Of a stretch of 64,000 bases of DNA, positions 1-11,619 are shown piece by piece (the first letter of the stretch is position 1; the number at the start of each line of letters is the position of its first letter). Position numbers and translations under genes: made by a program. Location: contig JALMLS010000074.1 in assembly GCA_038496445.1 (NCBI GenBank), positions 124,001 through 188,000 on the forward strand. Direction: 5' to 3'. Source of the DNA: Trichosphaerium sp. ATCC 40318. Its lineage: Eukaryota; Protista; Tubulinea. A model generated the notes under the pieces. It did no database searches. It was not told the DNA's origin and saw nothing but the letters and a program-made list of their open reading frames with translations.

Positions 1-16
1 GCCGTGGAAGAAGTTT

Positions 17-340
17 ATGGCATTTTTCGACGACCAACAACTCCGTTGGAGTGTTTTCAACATTAGGTATAAAACAAACGATGGAGGTATCAGAGAGAGG
101 TTCGCTGTCCTCAGGTGGGTTCCAGATAAGCTTACAAGGTCTACTCACAAAGAAACAATCCGTGTGAAGTCAAGTGGAGTGATGTTTGGATCAAAAATCC
201 AAGGACGTGCAACAGATGATGCAGCTATTAAAGTACAAGCAAATGACCAAGGTGATCTTGAGCTTGATAATATTATGGAGATAATTACAAAGCGTGATAG
301 AGATCCAATGGATCCTTCAAGCATTGACTATCTAAGATAA
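17..340 (+). CDS. ADF-H (cofilin/coactosin-like) actin-binding domain protein, probably the 3' part of a gene starting upstream of the window
   Basis: Translation has an ADF-H-like pattern (RWSVFNIRY..., RFAVLRWVPD, KVQANDQGDLE) and ends in TAA at 338-340. Confidence 0.6.
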   Translation: MAFFDDQQLRWSVFNIRYKTNDGGIRERFAVLRWVPDKLTRSTHKETIRVKSSGVMFGSKIQGRATDDAAIKVQANDQGDLELDNIMEIITKRDRDPMDPSSIDYLR

Positions 341-774
341 ACAAAAGACGACAAAACTTGTTTTTTTTTAAATGCTTGTAAGTTGGCACACGTGTCAACC
401 ATCGTGTCAACCATCATAATAAAATGACCCAAAACTCTTTATAATTTGCTTCGTTTTTACTTTGACAAGAGGTTATAGTCACGGCGTATGAGAGCGTATT
501 CTCTAAAAGAGTAAAGTTAAAATGAAATCTTGTTTTTTTTAAACTTTACTGTCACGTGCTTGCCTAGCAATGATCATACGCTTGTTGGAATATTTCCACA
601 GACATAAATGTGATGCCTATGTTATCACTCACAGCCAGTTTGAAGTACTAGTTTGGCCTGTGCGAAAAATTTGAAATTTCTGGATGTAAACTTGTTGATG
701 AGTAATCGAGAATTCTGCAGACCTGTAATCCCTTTTCATATTTCGTGCTAATAACCCATTTCCACACTAATACT

Positions 775-1653
775 ATGCGCGCACGAGCAAGTCAAGCACG
801 CCGTGAAGATGCCGAAGAGTTAGAGAAACCGACAAATTTCATTGGAGATATTGTGTTCGATACGCCTATTGAGACGGAACAAGAGGAAACAACTGCAAAC
901 CAAAACGAGCAAAACGAGGAAGAAATTACCCAACCGGAAAACAAAAAGGCCGTTGTGCGTCCACAGACGTCCACGCTATCAACCCTTAGTGCTAGAATTA
1001 AAACAGCACTTCGTTTACAAAGAACAACATTCAAAGGTGTAGAAGGATACATAGCTGGGACAGAGTGCGTTTAAGCTTCTGTCGGAACCACTAACAGTTA
1101 TTTTGCGTAGATACATTACAGCCGTACTTCACATCGAAGAAGACCTGCCAAACGGCCCTTATTGCGTAGTACTCCAACGTGACCCTCCTCTTGTAAACGC
1201 CCGAGAATCTGTTTCTCGATTAACAGTGAGGTGCGTCAATTCCTGCTTCACACGCTACCAAACGCGTCTACTAATCATAAAACAAAGGCTTGGGTGCTCT
1301 GGTGAAAGTACTGTCGAACAGCTAACTGACGCTATGGTCCTCGTTATTGAACAGCAAGCTCTATCTCCGGCAATGCGTACGCTTTCATCGGCTTATTCAT
1401 TTGCTCTGCGGAATTCGAACTAAAACCGTTAAACGTGCTTCCAGCAATTCCTTCAATTCGTTCAATGAGTTAATTAGCTGTATGCTTAGGCGACAGGCGG
1501 TTTATTGGATGTGATGTTTCTCAAATACACTACAAAGGTTCTCCAGTACCTGTTCTTGGCACTGTTGGTGCTTTAGGCTTCAAACATAACGATGCACTCG
1601 AAGGGCGTGTACGCGCTTACAAACACCCACGTTTGAGGAGCTCAGCGAAGTAA
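775..1653 (+). CDS. Spliced gene: acidic disordered N-terminus plus a possible C-terminal ubiquitin/SUMO-like domain
   Basis: ATG at 775; E/Q-rich first exon; GT-AG introns near 1066, 1231 and 1377; last exon ...IHYKGSPVPVLGTVGALGFKHNDALEG...* loosely resembles a SUMO-like C-terminus. Confidence 0.35.
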
Positions 1654-1904
1654 CGGTTGAACCCAAATAAGAATCAACAATTTTTTTTTGTAGATTCGAC
1701 AAATTGTAAATTTAGTAAGTGGTGAAAGAAGCCGCCAAGACGTTAATGGCATGGATAGTATCATAGCAGTTAGAGGAGCGTAATTGCGGTGAATAAAATT
1801 GTGCTATGAGAAAGTTAAGATTTACTTTGTTTGACCTCAGCTGTCTTTTTAAGATTTGATTGTCTACGTAGTCAGATGTATTGTGTAATGACGTAATAAA
1901 CGGT

Positions 1905-3530
1905 ATGGGGAGTAAAGTAGGACAATCGAGTGTGCTTTTTACAGTATGTTTACTGGGTTCTTGGATGATACTTAATATATCGTGCAATTTCTTCAATTGG
2001 TACCTATTTCAGCGTATTGGATGGCATTTCCCGATTTTATTGACAGCAATACACGGATTCGTTTGTATGAGCTATTACCTACTCGCTACCAAGTTTGTAC
2101 GTGTCATAACTGTTCAATCTGCTAACGAGATGATAGAGACTAGTAGGACTTAGATTTGAGACCGTCACACGCCGTTATTTTATACGGTTCATAGTACCAA
2201 GCGGTTTCATGCTCTGTAGTAAGCTGAATAACTAAAAAAGCTTTATCATGTTTTAAAACAACTTTTAGGTACCATTGCGCTAAACAACAGTGGCCTAGAT
2301 CATATAGACGTTGCTACAGCGCAAATAATAAAGTCGTTAACTCCTTTATTCACCGCCTTTTGTGCAATTTATCTACTGGGAAAGGTACGTGGTTTTGCGT
2401 TTTTTTTAAACGCAAAAACGAGAGCAAAAATTATCGAAAAGTTTTTCTTGAATACTTGACTCGTTTCATTGTTTTTGGATTTTTTTCGATTGTATAGACG
2501 CTCACTGTCGTTTTATTTCGAAAAAACAATGTAGTTGATTAATGTGTTTTCTATAGAAGCAGAGATTGGCTGTGTTTCCTTTGTTTCTTCTTTGTACAGC
2601 TGGTGTAATTTGTTCAACGAATTATGACAAGGATGCTTCAAATTCTGCTAAAGGAGTTGAAGGAAAGCCTAAAAATGTCTTCCTTGGTTCTTCGTTAGTT
2701 TTAGGATCATCTGTGGCTTTAGCACTTGTTATTACTCTGCAAGAGATGATATTAACGTCAAACACAGAGTTCACAAAGGTCAGTAATTTCTCCCCATTTT
2801 TGGGTTAAAACCACGTTTTTTTTTGAATCATTTTCGAGTTTTCATTCTGGCCATTGATCATCGACATGAGTCTTTTTTAACAACCTCAACTCGTGGCTAT
2901 TTGCATTACGTATATTTCGCTTCTAAAGTTGTCATAAAACGCAGTACATTGACCTTTCGCTTTTTTTCTTACTTTATTCAGAAGAAATTTTCTTTCTTTT
3001 CTTTTTAGTTTATTTGTCATTAGGTCAAGAGATTACATCCTTTGTCGCTTGTATTTTATACTACGCCAGTAGAGGTACGTTTTTTTTTGAATTCTATTGG
3101 ACTATTTAAACACGTGAAGTTAATGATCTAAAAATAGTTATGTGCTTTGATTCCTGCTACTTTTTTCTTTGAAATATCAGAATGGAAAACACGTCAACAA
3201 TCTGATCTTTCCTTCTATTTTCTTGGTTTTATTCTTATATTAAATGCTACAGCTGTTTTCTTACTAAGATTTGTACAAAATACTGTCATCAAGCATACTT
3301 CTGGTCTTTCTTTGACTGTTTTCTCTCAAGTCAAATTTATCATAATTATTTGTATCTCTGCTTTGAGCAGATCTTATCGTCTTACTTTGCTTCGTTGTTT
3401 TGGACTTGTTTTACTTACTATGGGTACATCTATATATGGGTTATTAAAGTTGATTGATAAAAAGAAAGAACACAAGAAGGATGACAATAAAAAAACTGTA
3501 ATTGTAAAAAATAAGCTTGTAAGGCTTTAA
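1905..3530 (+). CDS. SLC35/triose-phosphate-transporter family nucleotide-sugar transporter (multi-exon)
   Basis: Hydrophobic exons with family-like motifs FFNWYLF...FPILLTAIH, AQIIKSLTPLFTA, VIKHTSGLSLTVFSQVK; Lys-rich tail; stop at 3530. Confidence 0.8.
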
Positions 3531-3935
3531 AAAATAATGAAATAGTAGTGTTCTTGTTTTGTACTTTATCAGTTTTAGATATCACTTTTGTCTTTTTCTT
3601 TTACCCACACAAGTGCCACAAGCCGCTTTATCATTGCATACAGCCTTATTCTGTAAAAAGACTGAGTGGTCATCTAGATATTACCACTGTTCGGAATATT
3701 AGAAGTGATACTAATTGCTGCCACTGTAAATACACTAGGAATTTACCAAATGCAATTCCGGGACCAGTCTGTTTTTTACAGACCTTGAAGAAACATACAA
3801 TATTCAACATGCCTCGTACAAAGGTACAATGTTGGATTTTTTGAACATTGTTGTTTATTTTGATTGATTGTTTTCTGTTAGACTAAACAATAACCTTTAA
3901 GAAAATATCTATAATCCAACCAAATACACAACCTC

Positions 3936-5630
3936 TCACAGGGTCATCGCAATTACTATGGGCAATATTACTAAAATAACCCACGATATACCTGTTCGAG
4001 ATATACTCGCTGAACAAGTATCTTTGAAATTTAATAAAACTGAAAGACTTGTTGCACTGTATTCTGAGTTAGCGATACCAATACCGTTGCATTGATCTGT
4101 TGAGGTTGCTCTTATTTCTGAGAATGTAGATTCAATACACGTGTACTTAAATAATTCTATTCTCTTGCCATCTAAAATAGCGTTTGCATCAACTTCTATC
4201 TCAAGGTTTCCGTCACCAGCAATCAAGCATCCTTTCGTTGTTTAGAAAGTGATACCTTGTGATTTATTTCGTACCTGTTACTGTGATTACAGTATCTTGT
4301 GTAATCTGGAGTGTACTGTTATTGGTAAGTGTAAGGTTTCCCACAATTGTTGTTGCCTCAATGAAAGCAATATCCGAAATAACAACCAAATCTGTCTATT
4401 GCGAAACAATTACTTCCCACAAGTAGAATGTCTTTAAGGTACTTTAGGTGGTTTTGTAGGCGGTCTTGTTGGTGAAGCAGTGGTAGTTGGAACAGGTGTA
4501 GGAGGATATGTTGGACAGTGAAGTATTTCTTGAACTAAATTGAATAGTGAGAAGAGAAATACAAAGTTGACATGTACCATTATTAAACATATTTGCGAAC
4601 ACGTCGAGTGATACAGGATTGAAGAACAGATCTTGTGAGAACATAGTCCCATCTCCAATAAGTATAACTTTACCCATCCCCCACTTTACTTCTATTATCG
4701 CTGGAACAACTGAATCATGTTCATGAGAAGCAAGAATCTGATATGTCAAGTTTGTGTTCGAGCTGAATTTAAAAGCAACTGTTTTATAACAATTAGTACA
4801 TGTGTACGACTGAAAGGATGAAATGGTACATACCAGAACCTCCCTCTATTATTAGTCGATCTCCTATAGTATAATTTTGAAACAAGGGATGATCGTCTAC
4901 CAACATGTACACCTTCAAAAAACCAATGTTAGATTTTTACCAGTAAACAACAAAAAAAAAGTTGTACGTGATGGACGTCCGTAGCTGTATCATGGTAGTC
5001 GCTTGCTAGTAAATCTACGTTTTGTAATAGTAAATTTAACTGTTTATAAGGAGCATCACGTTGTCACGTGGTACCTGGGAATAGTTTATCGCAATAACTT
5101 TGGTCTTTTCTGTCACACATGATGTAGGCTAGTTTACCTTGAGAAATCCAATCCAGAATGACAGATGTTTCCCCATCTCGTTCGTTCATAACTCCAGTAA
5201 CAAGTATATCTTCATTAGTTGTTAAAAATTGAGTGGTAATGTCCTCGGATAGAATGACAGTGTGGTTGGTGTTTACTAACAAAAAACACATTTAGTAAGC
5301 AACTTTTGTAAATACAGCTTTCTCATACTTAGTTCGTCTCTTGCAAATGCAAACGCTGAGCCACCAAAACTCCACCTGAATCGATCACTGTTCGCATAAG
5401 CATCCCTACAAACGTTGTAAATTAATTAATTGCTAACAAGCAGATACAAAAAACCAGCATACGGTTAATGGAAATGTCAGTGTTGTAGTTAAATTGAAGT
5501 ACCTTTCTGCTGAAGGGCCTGCTACTCTCAAACCCGACGCTTTTGGTAAAAGGGACAAAGTCGCCAATACTACTGTTATAAAACAGATGAAACGAAGTGA
5601 TTGCTCTCGTGTGTAGTTTAGGTTGTACAT
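3936..5630 (-). CDS. Cell-surface protein: N-terminal hydrophobic signal, P/T-rich linker, Cys-containing beta-rich domain and C-terminal hydrophobic anchor (multi-exon)
   Basis: Exons FICFITVVLATLSLL, CPTYPPTPVPTTTASPTRPP, GNLTLTNNSTLQITQDTVITVTGC and WVILVILPIVIAMTL*; joined by GT-AG introns. Confidence 0.6.
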
Positions 5631-6568
5631 TATTGTTTTTTTGGTCAATTTTGTAGGACTTCAGTTGTAGGTTATAAAGGGCAGGGTTTATCTTAGTTAA
5701 TTCGGGAGCAAAGAATGCCAATACTTTATCACGTACATAAATAAATCTAGATTTACAAATCACGTGATACAACGACTTGCCTTAACTCCTTAAGCGCACT
5801 TTTTTGTGAATAACATTCTGTTGTCTGAAGGTAGGCAATAACAAATCTGTCGTGCCAGTGAGGTGATCTTGGATAACACTATTCATGTCTACAAAATCTT
5901 TTGAAACGGCTCGGCATTTAGCGGCTTGTTACCTTACGACACTTTGTACAGCAGTGGAGCGTCCATATTTGCAAATTCCATATTTTTGCTTCCATAGAAT
6001 TTATGTCCCAAGTCTTTTTTCGTTGGTCTCAAACAAATTTTGACTATGGTGTAGCTCTGTTACATCACTGCAAAACTGCGAAAATGAACCATGGAAACTT
6101 TTCTCCGCTTCGTAACAGTATACAGGTGAACTATTATAAGAACTACAGCATAGTCACTATTAATAATAAGAATTCTTGGGAGTACGTTGTATGTTGCAAA
6201 ACGGCTTGATGCTGACCAACAAATACCATCTATTTGTTCGAAAAGCAACTTACTTCTGACATGGTTGGTTTCGCGAGTATCACGAGCGCCGTTGTATGTT
6301 GCTGATATTGAGGCTATGTCTTTTAAGAAGGTGGCGACAAATATAAAAATACAGATATCTCTTACCCTTTCCACAGTACAACCAAGTCTTGACTCTTCGC
6401 TATGCTTCACAGTAATGGGTTATCTAAACAGCCATAATATCATGCGATGTTTACAAGTGGAGTTAAGTTCCAAAATTGGCAAAGAAAAAAGGGTCACAAA
6501 AATGTTGCAATTTGGAAACTCGTTGACTGTATGTAGTTTTATTTGAAGCAACCTACACGTCGCAAATT

Positions 6569-9046
6569 ATGTTCTCAGGGCTTAACAAGATACAAGAAAA
6601 GCTTGAGGGCATTACAGATGTTCTTAAAGAGGGAGTTGCTAAGATTAAACAGCGTAAACACTTTGACGTTGGTTCTAAGCGCTACAAGAACAAGAAAATC
6701 GTTGCAGAAGGTAAATGATAAATCGGAGTACAAAACTCAAAATTCTAGGTGGGTTCGGGTTTGTACACCTCACAGAAGATGAGAAAGGAGCCGAATACGC
6801 CGTAAAACGAATTATTATACAAGACACGGAACGTTTAAATATGGTGAAGCAAGAAGTAGAAATAATGGTATGAAACGCTTGTTTACAACAAGTGTTACGT
6901 TTTTCCCTTCACAACGAGCGAAAAGTGGAAAAAATAAGATTAGACGCCATTAATCTTATTTACCACGCGTAAAACGCTCTTTACAATTACTTTCGCGTGC
7001 ATTCTTATTTTCTTTTAATAAAAAATAGCGTGCTCTCCCAATTCATCCTAACTTGGTGCGGCTGTATGGCGCCTGTACAACAAAAATAAAGGAGCGTATG
7101 AGAGAAGGATTAATAGTTATGGAATGGTGTCCGGGAGGTGCACTTATTGAAAGAGTGATAAACGCTACAGGTCCTATTGATGAACAGGAGGCAATGCAAA
7201 TCTTTTACCAAATAGCTACTGGTGTATCAATACTTCATGGACTTGAAAAGCCAATAATACATCGAGATATTAAATTAGAAGTACGTACAGTTAGCGACAA
7301 TGTTACTTACATTTAACATTTCAAGTTTTTTTTTCTTCTTTTTTTTTGGAAAATGTTGTTTGGTTTTTTCACTCGCTTACTCACCAATTAACTTGACTCA
7401 CAATATTTAGAATGTATTATTAAAAGATCATAAATTAAAGCTATGTGATTTCGGAAGTGCCACAATGAAACGTTACCTTCCAAATGAGAAAAACAGGTAA
7501 GATGTCATTATTTAATTTTTTTTTTTGAGAAATCAGAATGATTGATTTACACTTTGCTAAAACTCTTTCTTTCTAGAGGAGCTATTGAAGAAGACATTCA
7601 AAAAAACACAACTATGGTAATGATATTTCAATAACACAGCCGTATTAACAATTAAATGTAGTCGTATAGACCACCAGAGATGGTTGATTTATACCTTGAC
7701 GAATGGATTGGAGAAAAAGTTGATGTATGGGCACTGGGATGTGTCTTATTCAAGTTACTCTATAGATTTGGTCCTTTCGAAGAAGGGAATAGGTTACAAA
7801 TTATAAACGCAAACTATGAGTATCCAAAAGATGATCCATACTCGAATACAATGCACAAACTCATAGGCACGATTTTTATTAAGTTTTTGTAAATTCAAAA
7901 AAAAAAAATAACATTCTCCTTTAGGATACATGCTTGAGGCAAAAGTAAGCATAATTATTTACACGTGTTTTTCGCTGTAAGTATTAACAAATTCCTTGTC
8001 TTAGGTTAAAAAACGTCCAGATATATTCTCTATTGTAGCAGCCGTTGCGAAAAAGCTTGGCAAAAAGTACACTAAACCAACAAAAAAGGTAGTTACTTTT
8101 AACTCTTAAGACACTATATCATCAATTCTTACGACTTTTATTAGAATGCTGTACCTAAGCGAAATAAGCCAGCTTTTGTTGAAAAGGTTAAACATGCAGC
8201 TACTCCAGCAAACAGTCCACAAGTTGAGAGTTTTGCAAACTTTGCAGATTTTAATGCACCAGGTAATCTTTTCTTCGCTGTACTGTTCTAACAGTTCATT
8301 AGCTCCTTCTTCTTCAGAACCGCAACAATTCACTGATCCATTCGCCCTACCACAGACTCAACAAGAAGCTAATAATAGTACAAATAATACAACGGAAGAA
8401 AAGGTTCGAGTTCAGTGTCTCAACAAAGTTTCTTGCTCTGACATTTCCGTAGCCTCAAAATGATAGCCTTGTATCATTTGCATTTCCTACAAATAATTCC
8501 ACATCCACCAATGTTGCTACGCCTTCTGATGAAACAACTCAACAACACTCACAACAAAACGGATCATTTGATCCTTTTGGTGTTATGTCTAGTAATCCCG
8601 AAGTCACTTTTGAAGCATTCGCTACAGCAGATGAACCAACTACTTTTACTGCATCTAATTCATCTACAGACCCTTTCGCTGAGTTTTTCTCATCTCCTGC
8701 ACCAACAAACACAACTCAAACGATAACACAGCCACAAACCGTACGTTCAATTTCGTTAAACAAAAGAGTTTCTTAATATTTTCTTTGTAGTCTTCTCCGG
8801 TTGTCAGTAAATTACAGATAAAGAAAAAACCAATAGCAAGGCCTGTATCTCCCACATCTGGCTTAGATAACACAGAGCACCTAGAAACGTCAATGTCAAA
8901 CTTTAGTCTTGATGGGGATATGTTCGATTGTAAAGATACCAGCAAACCCACGTTTACGTGAGTTTCCTAAAAATAAAAACAATAAAAAAAAACCATGAAC
9001 AACTAACAGCGTTAGTCTCGTACAACTTACCAAGCGGTGTTTATAA
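6569..9046 (+). CDS. NAK-family (AAK1/BMP2K/GAK-like) Ser/Thr kinase with a DPF-motif-containing tail
   Basis: Spliced motifs AEGGFGFV, YAVKR, PIIHRDIKLEN, LCDFGSA, YRPPEMVDLY, EKVDVWALGC, KRPDI. The low-complexity tail has three DPF motifs (TDPFA, FDPFG, TDPFA), typical AP-2 binding motifs. Confidence 0.88.
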
Positions 9047-9104
9047 GTAAATATAGTCATCATGATGATAAATAAATAAAGGAGTTAGTAGCTGCATGCA
9101 CAGG

Positions 9105-9153
9105 TTCTGGAACATTCCAGAATTCCAGACGGTGCAGAACTTCTGGAAAATTC
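9105..9153. promoter_or_regulatory. Heat-shock-element-like nGAAn/nTTCn arrays
   Basis: TTCtgGAAcaTTCcaGAA at 9105-9122 (4 units in phase) and TTCtgGAAaaTTC at 9141-9153. Confidence 0.4.
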
Positions 9154-9295
9154 TGGTATTTCTAGTTCATCTGGAAAAGTATTTGTCAATAGAAAATTCC
9201 AAGTGCCACGTAATAAGTCAGTTAACAGAACAGACCCACCTTGCTTGTGAAGTCGTTGTATAACTTTAAATGGGTTTGTACAAGTCTTACATTAG

Positions 9296-9538
9296 AAAAA
9301 GGTAAGCCGGTGTATCGCGTTTGTCTGAAAATTGTGCAAGTGTGGGACCACTAATGCAAGCAGTAGAGGGCTCGGTTCGCTTTCGGTTGGGCTCGCCGCT
9401 TTGCTCGAGACAAGAACCCGCCCATTAGTGGGAATCTTTGGTTTTTCGAAAGTAACAAATTTGCCAGCCATGGCAATGTTCGGGCAAATGACTTAAAACA
9501 ACGTGTTAAGTTGTTGAGTGTACAGAATTCGCCCTACC
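9296..9538. ncRNA. Candidate structured non-coding RNA or foldback element (family not recognised)
   Basis: GC-richer intergenic island. Perfect 9-bp stem 9348-9356/9423-9431, further hairpins at 9459-9490 and 9497-9515, complementary ends, and T5 after the minus-strand 3' end. Confidence 0.3.
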
Positions 9539-9871
9539 AACAGCTGTAAATACTCCTAGTACATGGATAATTTCAAAACGTACGCATTAACATCAGGAAG
9601 TGCGCAATAGCCAGTAAAACAAAAAGAAAACTATTAAAACGCCACAGGCAAAGTATACACGTGTTTACAAACGTCACAGTATATTTTGTTGTTCACTTAA
9701 CAATTCAAGCGAAATGGGTTCGAATCACGTGTTGGCGCTTTCAACATTTTTTTTTGAGGAAGTTTGTCGCGTACTAACCACTACGCTATACAAAACGTAT
9801 TAACACACTCACTCTGGAGTATGGTGGAACCTTATACGACAAGTTAATCCCAGCTAACTTTGATTAGTTTC

Positions 9872-11137
9872 ATGGAGGGTGACACGAACTTGTTACACCT
9901 TCCAACAGAGATGCTTGCATTCATACTCATGTATACTAGTATATCAAGATTTAGTGTAGCACAGACATGTACAAGGCTATCATCTATAATCCACGACATA
10001 ATTGGATACGTCCACATAAAGGTTACAAGCGACGAATACAATATAAAAAGAATAAGCCAATCAAAAGGTATTCTGAAGAATACTCTTATCAAACTCCGTT
10101 CAGGGTTATATCAGGGTATCACACCACTTAATGATGTGCTTTGTAACCTAGTAGGAGTAAAGAAAATCAACCTTAAAGATTTTGCAATGAAAGACGAGGA
10201 TTTAAAGTTTATAGCTGGTGTTCATACGATTTACTTAAATAGAACATTTTTAAGAGATGAAGGTGTTAAGCCGTTGGCTGGAGTACATTTTATTGATCTT
10301 ACAGAGACTTATATAACTGATAAAGGTATTGAGTATCTTGTCGGCGTACATACGATTATACTGAATAACACAGCTGTGACGGATAATGGAATGAAACTGT
10401 TAAGTGGTGTTCACACAATAAGTCTTGATTGTACAAAAATAACAGATGAAGGTCTTGCTTCTCTTTCTGGAGTTCATAGTATAAGTCTTCAAATGACTAA
10501 TGTCACAGATGATGGTATTAAACTACTTAAAGGCATTCAAGAGATAAACTTAGGCTATTGTGATGTGACAGACGAAGGTGTAAAACATCTGTCTGGCGTT
10601 CACACACTTAATCTTTCAAACACAAACATCACTGACAGATGTATCAAATACCTATCTGGCGTCCATACCATTAACCTACAATGTACAAAAATAACTGATC
10701 AAGGTCTTAAAGACCTTGTAGGTGTTCATAGCTTAAACATTAGTGAATGTTACTTAGTCTCAGATGAAGGTATTAAGCTTCATGCAGGAATTCATACTAT
10801 AAATATTTCAAAAACAAGAGTAACAGATGTTGGTATCAAAGCTCTTTCTGGTGTTCATAGTATTAATTTAAATTACACTGACATTACAGATGAAGGTGTA
10901 AAAGCGCTTGCTGGAGTACATATAGCTGATATGAAATCAACAAAAGTGAGTGATGAAGGGATTAAGGCGTTGGTTGGAATTCATACATTACACATACGAG
11001 ATTGTCCTTTAGTCACTGATGACGGTGTTAGTGCACTTGTTGGTATTGATACCATTGAAATAGCTGGTACAAGCATAACTCTGGAGGGTGTTGAGATGCT
11101 TAAAAAACTTGGCGCATACCAGGTTTGGGTGTATTAA
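9872..11137 (+). CDS. F-box plus leucine-rich repeat protein, intronless
   Basis: F-box-like LLHLPTEMLAFIL followed by about 14 mostly 22-aa LRRs (GVHTINLxxTxITDEGxKxL); one uninterrupted ORF; first ATG at 9872. Confidence 0.88.
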   Translation: MEGDTNLLHLPTEMLAFILMYTSISRFSVAQTCTRLSSIIHDIIGYVHIKVTSDEYNIKRISQSKGILKNTLIKLRSGLYQGITPLNDVLCNLVGVKKINLKDFAMKDEDLKFIAGVHTIYLNRTFLRDEGVKPLAGVHFIDLTETYITDKGIEYLVGVHTIILNNTAVTDNGMKLLSGVHTISLDCTKITDEGLASLSGVHSISLQMTNVTDDGIKLLKGIQEINLGYCDVTDEGVKHLSGVHTLNLSNTNITDRCIKYLSGVHTINLQCTKITDQGLKDLVGVHSLNISECYLVSDEGIKLHAGIHTINISKTRVTDVGIKALSGVHSINLNYTDITDEGVKALAGVHIADMKSTKVSDEGIKALVGIHTLHIRDCPLVTDDGVSALVGIDTIEIAGTSITLEGVEMLKKLGAYQVWVY

Positions 11138-11619
11138 AGAACTCTTTCTGTTATGTTTTTTTTTTTGTGGTAGGGAAGTCTGAAACACACTTGATTGCGC
11201 ACTAATACAAAGTTAGAGTAGAACATAGGTACCTTAGTGCGGTGAATTTATGTATTTCTGACATTATAATGTGTCCTACTGACCTCGGTTGTAGTAAACG
11301 TTAGTTTGGTATTTGACTTAGGCTTAAATACAAGCGAAATCCGTGTTTCAGTGTAGTACAAGCTGTCCATCGAGCTTGGGGAAAGCCCTACGGTTATAGT
11401 AAACACGCTGGTAAGAACAGTCAACTATTTACTGTTCACACATACTCCTAACCCTGTTGCTGTGCATAAAAATGTTGCTATCCCAAAATTTCTTTTTGCA
11501 AGCATTTTGCTTCAATAGTGCAATGGCATTCAGTCGTAACCCAGACTTTAAAAAAGTTCAAATCACTTTAATTGACTACAGCACTTTGAAGATGGTGGCT
11601 TTATTTTACTTTAAACACT

